This document shows positions 1 through 6,487 of a stretch of DNA of 14,791 bases, piece after piece. This DNA is from an uncultured bacterium (GTDB taxonomy: Bacteria > CSSED10-310 > CAZUFC01). The notes under the pieces were generated by a model that saw nothing but the letters and a program-made list of their open reading frames with translations, ran no database searches and was not told the DNA's origin. Numbering within the stretch: the stretch's first letter is position 1; each line of letters opens with the position of its first letter. Position numbers and translations under genes: made by a program. Where the stretch lies: the NCBI GenBank assembly GCA_964619725.1, contig CAZUFC010000175.1, positions 1 to 14,791 of the forward strand, in the 5' to 3' direction.

Positions 1-2
1 GA

Positions 3-140
3 GACAGTTATGTAAAGCCTCGCGATGCGGCGCGAATTCTTCGTGAAAACGATTTATCGACGGCGATCAATCAATGCTCGGAACTGAAGGCTTTCGTAAA
101 TACCATCTTATCCATATCAGACGGACAGGTCATTCCATGA
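3..140 (+). CDS. 3' end of a gene entering from the left edge; probable DUF4276-family protein (partial)
   Basis: Frame 3 is open from the window edge to TGA 138-140: DSYVKPRDAARILRENDLSTAINQCSELKAFVNTILSISDGQVIP*. The YxK...IL....L......C..(L/F)..F tail resembles DUF4276 C-termini as I recall them. It is followed by an RBS (AGGAGAGG) for the next gene. Confidence 0.45.
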   Translation, partial: DSYVKPRDAARILRENDLSTAINQCSELKAFVNTILSISDGQVIP

Positions 141-158
141 GAGGAGAGGCCAAAAAAT

Positions 159-644
159 ATGACCAAGGATCAGGAAAAAATGAGTAAACCCGGCAACGTA
201 ACAGAACATCTCATCGACCTGATCGCTAAACAGGTCAACGATAACGGCCTGGTTGTCTGGTATGACCCGGATAGTGCGTATGGGTCTGCTTTGCCGGCGC
301 TGAACCTGCCCGACACCGAGGTTATCCGCTATCAAGGCAGTTTTGTTCAGTTGCGCTGGGAAATAGACCAGAAGCATCTCATGGACGGTGAAGAGGCCCC
401 CCGCATGGTGGTCTATGTGCCGATGGATCAGGATCGGACCCATCATGCCCTCATCGAGCTGGAAGCTGCGGGCGTCATCATGCAGCCCGGCCAGCAGCCT
501 CCTGCACGCAACACCCGGCTGGCCGTTGTGGTGCGCAACGCTTTAAAAGGTATCCTGGGCGAGGATACCGCCGCCCACGTGCAGCGAAGGAATCAGAGCC
601 CGCTGCAAATGTCTTTTCCTGCTTCTCCTATTCTACGTTTTTGA
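159..644 (+). pseudogene. pglZ: N-terminal fragment of a PglZ-domain (BREX alkaline-phosphatase-like) protein, truncated at about nt 582
   Basis: Good RBS. LIAKQVxxxGLVVWYDP...YxGSF..LR...VVYVP...L.ELE.AG matches the N-terminus of PglZ-domain proteins. Protein-like sequence stops after GEDTAAHV; the rest (QRRNQSPLQMSFPASPILRF) is read-through into non-coding DNA. The phosphatase domain is absent. Confidence 0.7.
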
Positions 645-769
645 ATCCGGTAATTTAGCAGCCCGTTTTTCAAGTCTCCACCGCTGTTTTGGCGGTTAAG
701 GCCCATAAGGCCGGCCTTTGGGAGCCTTTTGCCCCTTGACCGGAGAAAAGGCTTATGTTAATGCTTCAG

Positions 770-820
770 ATAGGGAATCTTACTGGCCGAAAAGTGGGGA
801 GAAATTATTTTCGGCTAACA
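770..820 (-). mobile_element. IS21-family-like terminal inverted repeat (isolated end, no transposase)
   Basis: The minus strand from 820 reads TGTTAGCCGAAAATAATTTCTCCCCACTTTTCGGCCAGTAAGATTCCCTA: a 5'-TG start with a repeated subterminal TT(C)TCCCCA/ATTCCCTA motif, as in IS21-type ends. The terminal CA (819-820) abuts a truncated coding remnant. Confidence 0.45.
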
Positions 821-1047
821 TCCGCAACCATCGCAGGCATCGGGCGGCGCTCTACTCCTCCGAGCCTGCCATTCTGGACGCGGTCCTGGCCGATGAGCGC
901 GGCTGGCGGGATCTGTCTGTTCCCCCCATGGGCATGATTGTGTTCAGGCACGAGGTTCTCATGGAGTTCTTGAGTGAGTCTCTCGAGTTCATCGTCCAGG
1001 AAAAGATGGGAAGGCGCCATGACAGAGCATGCAATGAACCCCGATGA
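821..1047 (+). pseudogene. C-terminal remnant of a probable class II glutamine amidotransferase-like gene
   Basis: Open frame RNHRRHRAALYSSEPAILDAVLADERGWRDLSVPPMGMIVFRHE...FIVQEK starts abruptly at the IS-like end, has no start or RBS, and overlaps the GGCT start. A(L/V)Y(A/S)SE is typical of Ntn-amidotransferase tails, and such genes commonly precede GGCT genes in mobile elements. Confidence 0.4.
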
Positions 1048-1567
1048 ATCCCTGAAGGAGAACACTCGGGGAATGCTGATACTCTTCGTGTACGGAACTC
1101 TGAAGAGCGGGTTCTGGAACCATGACCGTTTCTGCCGAGGCGTTCTGGATATCCGGAAAGCCGAGGTCCGCGGCCGTCTTTATGAAATGCAATCGGGTAT
1201 TCCCGTCCTGCAGGTTCCGGCCGAGGATGTCCTCGCCCACGGCACATCGGACCCTTTGGCCGACGTGACCACACAGGCGCGCCTTTCCGAACAATTGGCG
1301 TCCTACCCTGAACCGGCCCTGCAAAGCGCCGCAGCGGGCGGCTGGGGCCGCGTGTACGGGGAGCTTCTCACCTTCGACGATCCTGAGACCCGCCTGCCTG
1401 CCATTGACCGCCTGGAGTGTTTCCGTCCGGGCGGGGTCAGCCTCTACCGCAGGGTGTTGGTCCCTGTGATGATGGACAGCTCTTGCGAACTCGCCTGGGT
1501 CTATACAGGCGAGCGGGCCATTCGCATCGACGATCGGCTGCTCGCGTCCGGTTGTTGGTCGGAATAG
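1019..1567 (+). CDS. gamma-glutamylcyclotransferase (GGCT/AIG2-like) family protein
   Basis: Signature LFVYGTLK, then VYGEL, IDRLE, LYRRVLV and AWVY motifs. ATG at 1019 follows GGAAGG; the upstream extension to 974 in the ORF track is unlikely to be real. Confidence 0.85.
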   Translation: MTEHAMNPDESLKENTRGMLILFVYGTLKSGFWNHDRFCRGVLDIRKAEVRGRLYEMQSGIPVLQVPAEDVLAHGTSDPLADVTTQARLSEQLASYPEPALQSAAAGGWGRVYGELLTFDDPETRLPAIDRLECFRPGGVSLYRRVLVPVMMDSSCELAWVYTGERAIRIDDRLLASGCWSE

Positions 1568-1671
1568 GACCACTGTCGATCCAAAAAAACGTTTGACGAT
1601 AACTGTAAACTACATCGCCAGTATGAGTTATTCTAGGCGAAAACCGTTTTGCGGGCAGAGAGGCGCTGCCG

Positions 1672-1878
1672 ATGGATGAAAAACCGGGCGATGTCCTGAC
1701 CATCGAAGAGCTGTCCGCCTATCTGAAAATTCCAAGGTCAACGCTCTACAAACTTGTGTGGGAAGGCAGGATTCCTTCCCAAAAAGTCGGGCATCATTGG
1801 CGTTTTCGAAGGGAAGCCATAGACCGATGGTTGGATGAAACGCGGGCGGAAGAACCGAAAACCGAGGTAGAAGAGTGA
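1672..1878 (+). CDS. excisionase-family helix-turn-helix DNA-binding protein (HTH_17)
   Basis: 68 aa, VLTIEELSAYLKIPRSTLYKLV..G.IP..KVG..WRF...IDRWL; RBS AGAGAGG; stop overlaps the next start (TGATG). Confidence 0.9.
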   Translation: MDEKPGDVLTIEELSAYLKIPRSTLYKLVWEGRIPSQKVGHHWRFRREAIDRWLDETRAEEPKTEVEE

Positions 1879-2121
1879 TGGCGGAACCGCTTGCAGACCA
1901 GATCATACGGAAGGTCAAGCAAGCCGCTGAACTCTATCACTGGCTGACGCTGGTCGTTGCGCCCGCAGGTGCAGGCAAGAATACCGCACTGCAGGATGTG
2001 CGGGATAGCACCGGTGCGCCCCTGGTCAATGTCAACCTTGAGCTTTCCCGCCAGATGCTGGATTTGACGGAGCGCCGGCGGGTTCTGCAACTGCCGAGTC
2101 TTCTCCGGGAAATCGTCGGCA
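1878..2121 (+). pseudogene. brxF: N-terminal half of BREX P-loop protein BrxF (ORF reads through to 2204 after a deletion junction)
   Basis: A.ELYH.L.LVV APAGAGK(N)T (degenerate Walker A), then [25 protein letters not shown]. It ends before the Walker B (LLDNxE) region expected in BrxF. Confidence 0.75.
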
Positions 2122-2460
2122 ATGGCATCCAACTGGAGCCAGACACTGCTCACCAACCTCAAGGACCCGACCACCAAGGGCAACCTGGACCTGCTGAAGC
2201 CTGAACCAAAGAAGCTGGTGAACGGCTTTATCATAAAGCGGGAGCTTCACGATGATCTTGGCCAGGATTTCATCCACGCCCTGAGCGAAGCGCTTTTCGG
2301 GCTTCAAAAGGTGCCGGTCAAGACCGCTGACCTGCGAGCGGCCTTGCTCTCGGTCGGTTCGCCGGCGACACCGGCTGGGATGAAGAAACGATTCGAGGAA
2401 TATCTGGATGAGCTCACCAAGGGCAAAGAGCCCGGCAAGGTGTGCATCTTACTGGAATAG
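2122..2460 (+). pseudogene. C-terminal remnant of a DUF6079-family (BrxC-like) BREX ATPase
   Basis: [20 protein letters not shown]...F..AL.E.L.GL.KV......LL..GSPAT...[24 protein letters not shown] matches my recollection of DUF6079 C-termini. The ATG has no RBS and lies inside the brxF frame; there are no ATPase motifs. Confidence 0.7.
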
Positions 2461-2469
2461 GAACCACCA

Positions 2470-3513
2470 ATGGATACAGATAAAAACGAACTGGAAAAGC
2501 TGAATTCGCTTTACAGCGATATTCGAACCGTATTGGAGGAAGCACGGAGCACGGCCTATCGAGCGGTGAATTTCGCGATGGTTCGCGCCTACTGGCAGAT
2601 CGGCAGTCTGATCGTGGAGAGTGAGCAGAAAGGGCGCAAACGTGCCGAATACGGCAAGGCGGTCCTGAAGGAGCTTTAACAACGCCTTACGCGCGAATTT
2701 GGGAAAGGGTATTCGATCCAGTCCTTGCGCAACATGCGGCAGTTCTATATGACCTTCTCAAAACGCTCCGGGCTGCGGAGCGAGTTGACGTAGACGCATT
2801 ACAAGATGCTCATGCGGGTGGAGAAACCCGACGCGAGGAAATGGTGCATGAACGAGGGGGCAGACCAGAATTGGTCCACCCGTCAACAGGACCGGCAAAT
2901 ATCGGTTCTCTACTACGAACGCCTTCTGGCCGGCAGCGAAAAGGGATCGGTAGAGCAGGAAGCCGGCGAAAAAATGTCCGCGTTGCTTGCGGAGCAATTC
3001 ATTCGCGACCCATATGTGCTGGAGTTTCTTAACCTCCGGGATTATCCCGGACTTCGGGAGTCCAGTGTGGAGCAGGCGATCATCGACAAGCTCCAGCATT
3101 TCCTGCTTGAGCTCGGAAAGGGCTTCTCGTTTGTCGCCCGCCAGAAAGGGATGCGTTTCGAGGACGAGGATTTCTACGTCGATCTGGTTTTCTACAACTT
3201 CATTCTCAAGTGTTTTGTGCTGATCGATCTCAAGATCGGCAATCTCACGCATCAGGACATCGGCCAGATGGACGGCTATCTCCGCATGTTTGAAGACCAA
3301 TACAAGGTCGAAGGCGACAATCCCACCATCGGCATCATACTCTGTTCCAAGAAGAACGAAGCCATCGCAAGGTATTCCGTGCTGAAGGAAAGCAAACAAC
3401 TCTTCGCATCCAAATACATGCTGTATCTGCCCACCGAAGAAGAGCTGAGACGGGAATTGGAGAGAGAGCGAAAATTGATAGAGGAAACTCAATCTGAAAG
3501 AGGCAGCCAGTGA
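2470..3513 (+). pseudogene. yhcG: DUF1016/YhcG-family PD-(D/E)xK nuclease, inactivated by two in-frame stops
   Basis: One continuous frame: AVN..MV.AYWQIG..IVE.EQ.G..RAEYG..VLKEL*QRLTREFGKGYS...LRNMRQFY...ELT*THYK...WSTR...DPYVLEFL...FLLELGKGFSFVARQ...DLVFYN..LKCFVLIDLK...DIGQMD.Y...NPTIGIILC...FASKY..YLPTEEEL. Stops are TAA 2677-2679 (expected Ser) and TAG 2791-2793 (expected Trp). Confidence 0.92.
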
Positions 3514-3582
3514 CCAAGTTACTGCACAAGTCGGGAATGCCCATGGGCGAACTTGTTCAGTGGACAAGTGACCAAGTTCGGA

Positions 3583-3617
3583 TTCCTGGTTTCGGGCTTT
3601 TGGTTTCTGGTTCCTGG
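3583..3617 (+). repeat. degenerate heptamer tandem repeat, 5 units (consensus TTYCTGG)
   Basis: TTCCTGG TTTCGGG CTTTTGG TTTCTGG TTCCTGG. Confidence 0.8.
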
Positions 3618-3630
3618 TTGAGGAAGAAAG

Positions 3631-3651
3631 ATGGCAAACATAGAGAAATTC
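3631..3651 (+). pseudogene. 7-codon stub (MANIEKF) of a probable four-helix-bundle (23S rRNA IVP/bAvd-like) gene
   Basis: RBS-like GAGGAAG followed by ATG GCA AAC ATA GAG AAA TTC, resembling the M.xIExFEDL start of that family. It is preceded by heptamer repeats and cut exactly at the 3652 inverted repeat. Confidence 0.3.
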
Positions 3652-3722
3652 GGCATTGATCAAAAAAGGGGACTGATTAAATAGGGGTTACAAATTGTGA
3701 TCTCGACACTCAACCAGAACTA

Positions 3723-3860
3723 TCGTGCTTAGCGGAGCGGCGCTCGTGCTCGTAATGGTAATCGATCGATTCAAATGATAGCCCTGCTTTGCTTTCAAAC
3801 GACTGTACAGATCAGACCTATGGTTCGATTAAGATTACTGCTGCACTGAGCACGAGTGCG
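3723..3860. repeat. imperfect inverted repeat pair built on CTCGTG/GTAATC hexamer-like units
   Basis: TCGTGCTTAGCGGAGCGG...GTAATGGTAATCGA (3723-3765) aligns with the reverse complement of 3824-3860, CGCACTCGTGCTCAGTGCAGCAGTAATCTTAATCGAA. Confidence 0.65.
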
Positions 3861-3979
3861 GAGGATTCTAAATGAGAAATTGTAAACCTAACATGGCCAT
3901 TTCTGATCAGCGTCAAATGAAGGGACTGATCAAACCACGGTTACACTTCTTCCATAACTTTCGACAGTTTGTTTCAGTA

Positions 3980-4051
3980 ATCGGGATCGGGGTCGGTATC
4001 GGGATCGGTATCGCAATCGCAATCGGCATCGTGATCGGTATCGCTATCGAA
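3980..4051 (+). repeat. hexamer tandem repeat (ATCGNN)x12
   Basis: ATCGGG ATCGGG GTCGGT ATCGGG ATCGGT ATCGCA ATCGCA ATCGGC ATCGTG ATCGGT ATCGCT ATCGAA. Confidence 0.95.
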
Positions 4052-4277
4052 ACGAAATGATGAAATATTCTTTCGAATTATAACCTTAAAAGCCGCTTTT
4101 TTGATCAATGCCAATTTTTTTGATTGATGGCTGGATTTTCGTCAAACATTTCACTATTTTTTATCGGTCAATGTCAGGATATGTGAACGTGGAGAGCAGA
4201 AGTTCACATTTCCCGGCATTGTACTATAATCTATTGAATTAAAATGATTTTTTTGTAATGTTGCTTGGCCTTAAGGT

Positions 4278-4300
4278 TTGGGCGTTTGATCAATGCCCAA
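4278..4300. repeat. TTGATCAA-centred palindrome (REP-like; possible terminator hairpin)
   Basis: TTGGGCGTTTGATCAATGCCCAA, 23 nt past the stop of the last GT4 gene; followed by TTTCATTT on the + strand. Confidence 0.7.
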
Positions 4301-4323
4301 TTTCATTTCGTTCATTCTGTCGG

Positions 4324-5400
4324 TTATTGACCGAGTGCGCTTAAATAAATTTCAATTTTTTTATAAAAGTTTTTAATGGAGTAGTTATTCAGAATTTCGT
4401 TCTGTTTTTTCAGTAATTTCATTTTCAGAATTGCGTCTTCACAGATGATGTGAGCCAGTTCTGCTGCGGCGAAGGGATCATGCTTGCTGTTGATCAGGAC
4501 TCCGGCGCCTTTCAGCGTATCCGGGACGGCGCTGGCGTTATATGCTATTATGGGGACTTGAAAATGCATGGCTTCGAGCAGGGGGACGCAGAATCCTTCG
4601 TGTTCGCTCATTCCCAGGAAGATATGAGCCATTCTGTAATATGTCGCCAGTTCGTCTGTTTCCACGTGATTTGTGAAGTATACGTCGCCGAGCTTCAGTT
4701 TTTCCATTAATTTATGGAGTTGCACGTAGTATTTGAAGAATCCTGAGAATCGTCCCACTATAAAGAGCCGGCATCGTTCTCTTACGAATTTTTTGTAGAA
4801 GGCGTAGATTTTTAATATATCTTCATGGCATTTGTTGGGGGAGACGCGTCCGACGAAGATGAAATTTGTGAAATCGTCGCGGAACATTTCTTTAATGACG
4901 GGTCTGTCCGGCAGGTCGTAACGTGAAAAGTCAACGGCAATGGGGAGGACGCCTGTGGTATTGAAGCCCAGGGTTTCGAGTTCCTGTCTGTTGTATTCTG
5001 AGTCTCCGAGGGCCAGGTCGCAGCATCCGGCCAGTCGGGCCAGTTGGCAGCGTCCGGCTACGGCTATTCGGCACAGTTCTTTGTCGTGGTCCAGGAACCA
5101 TTCTGCGGGGGTTATGTTGTGATATATCAGTATTTTTTTGCCTTTGGAATTCTGGAAAATATCTGTGAGGGGCGAAGGTAGTGCGAAGTGAAGAATATTA
5201 ACGGCGTCCGGGGCATCCCAGTCGCGAAAGCGGCGGTGTGATTGAGCGTAACGGGAGACTTCGGGATCGGGATCGATGCAGAATATGTTGGAATCGTAAC
5301 CCGCTGATTCTGCGTAACTGTTAATGGATAGTATTTCATCGCCTATGGCGTCTCCGTAATGGAATGCCGGGACAAGTTGATTGATTTTCTTCGCAGTCAT
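4324..5400 (-). CDS. glycosyltransferase family 4 (GT-B) protein
   Basis: 358 aa; FVGRVSPNK and MSEHEGFCVPLLEAM (E-x7-E) motifs; paralog of 5407-6486. Confidence 0.93.
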   Translation of the reverse strand: MTAKKINQLVPAFHYGDAIGDEILSINSYAESAGYDSNIFCIDPDPEVSRYAQSHRRFRDWDAPDAVNILHFALPSPLTDIFQNSKGKKILIYHNITPAEWFLDHDKELCRIAVAGRCQLARLAGCCDLALGDSEYNRQELETLGFNTTGVLPIAVDFSRYDLPDRPVIKEMFRDDFTNFIFVGRVSPNKCHEDILKIYAFYKKFVRERCRLFIVGRFSGFFKYYVQLHKLMEKLKLGDVYFTNHVETDELATYYRMAHIFLGMSEHEGFCVPLLEAMHFQVPIIAYNASAVPDTLKGAGVLINSKHDPFAAAELAHIICEDAILKMKLLKKQNEILNNYSIKNFYKKIEIYLSALGQ

Positions 5401-5406
5401 GGCTTG

Positions 5407-6486
5407 TTATACCAGGGAGCGATCAAGCGTATCCCGGAGCATAGTCAGATAGTCCATGTTTTTGTAATGTTTCAGGCGTTTGCGCTGTCCCTCTATGAGT
5501 CGATGACGCAACTTTTCATCCGTCAGCAATTCATGACACAGGAACGCTGTTTCCACGGGTTGTTTTGTGTTGAGCAACACCCCGGCTCCGTCCAGCGTTT
5601 CAGGTACGGCTGCTGCGTTGTAGGCTGCCACGGGAATATCAAAATGCATCGCCTCCAGTAACGGCACGCAGAAACCTTCATGCTCGCTCATGCACAAAAA
5701 CAAGTCCGCCTCCCTGTAGTAGGCGATCAGCTCATCCTGGTCCACCAGTCCGGTAAAACAGACATTGGATACCCTCATTCGCCTGATCAGGTCCTCCAGG
5801 GCATGATAGTATTTTTGACAGCAGAGGTATTCGCCTACGAAAAAGAGACGGCTGCGAATGTCTATCAATTTCTGGTAGGCTGCGAAGACGCGGATTATAT
5901 CTTCATGTTTTTTATTCGGCGTGATTCGACCCACGAACAGAAACGTGGTCAGGTCAGGCTGCTTTATAATACGGGAAACCAGTTTATTCGGCGGAGCATC
6001 AAGATGATCGAAATGCACCAGTATGGGAAAGGTTTCCGTGCGGCCGAATCCCATCTTTTCCAGGATGCGGCGATTATATTCCGAATCTCCCCATCCGGCA
6101 TCGGCCCTTTCCGCAAGACTTTTCAATTCCTGTTCGCCTTCAACCGCCAGTTCCCATAATTCACGATTAATCCCTACGAACCATTCATAAGGCGTGATGT
6201 TATGGAATATGATCAGAACCCGATCGGGTATTTCCATGAGAAATTCTGAAATTTCCGAACCCACGGAAAAATGATATATCAGAAGATTATCCGGCGAGCT
6301 GTATTCCTTGTATTTCTTGTAATGATGGGCAGAGTCCAGGAGTTTAGGATGAATAATGCCTGCGAATATTTCGGAGCGGCATCCCAGGGCATTAAGCATG
6401 CTTTTCAGACGCAGAACGTCGTCTCCGATTGCATCGCCGTAGCTGAAGTTCGGCAGAATCTGGTGAATGTTTTTCGGCAGGTCCAT
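5407..6486 (-). CDS. glycosyltransferase family 4 (GT-B) protein
   Basis: FVGRITPNK and MSEHEGFCVPLLEAM motifs. Start placed at ATG 6486 (MDLPKNIHQ), which follows GGAG and lies 1 nt after the dprA stop; this aligns with the N-terminus of the 4324-5400 paralog. Confidence 0.93.
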   Translation of the reverse strand: MDLPKNIHQILPNFSYGDAIGDDVLRLKSMLNALGCRSEIFAGIIHPKLLDSAHHYKKYKEYSSPDNLLIYHFSVGSEISEFLMEIPDRVLIIFHNITPYEWFVGINRELWELAVEGEQELKSLAERADAGWGDSEYNRRILEKMGFGRTETFPILVHFDHLDAPPNKLVSRIIKQPDLTTFLFVGRITPNKKHEDIIRVFAAYQKLIDIRSRLFFVGEYLCCQKYYHALEDLIRRMRVSNVCFTGLVDQDELIAYYREADLFLCMSEHEGFCVPLLEAMHFDIPVAAYNAAAVPETLDGAGVLLNTKQPVETAFLCHELLTDEKLRHRLIEGQRKRLKHYKNMDYLTMLRDTLDRSLV

Positions 6487-6487
6487 G

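Larger units (their letters stand above)
3652..4112. mobile_element. 461-bp non-coding MITE/REPIN-like segment bounded by perfect 17-bp inverted repeats
   Basis: GGCATTGATCAAAAAAG (3652-3668) and CTTTTTTGATCAATGCC (4096-4112) are exact reverse complements. The interior has no credible gene and holds several other repeats. Confidence 0.5.

Noticed and set aside
718..820. 5' part of ORF 718-1047 as a real gene start
   Set aside because: TTG start without an RBS; it translates the IS-like end. Only 821 onward looks like coding sequence.
2677..2793. Stop-codon recoding or readthrough in the DUF1016 gene
   Set aside because: The two stops are different (TAA, TAG), each is one substitution from the expected Ser or Trp codon, and both codons are normal terminators elsewhere in the window. 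Ordinary pseudogenisation explains them.
2758..3663. 301-aa minus-strand ORF
   Set aside because: Antisense shadow of the DUF1016 gene; its N-terminus translates the heptamer repeats.
3872..4060. 62-aa ORF with an IGIGVGIG hydrophobic tail (membrane peptide or toxin)
   Set aside because: The tail is simply the translation of the (ATCGNN)12 repeat and the frame crosses a repeat half-site. A GGAGG lies upstream, so it is not fully excluded, but it is unsupported.
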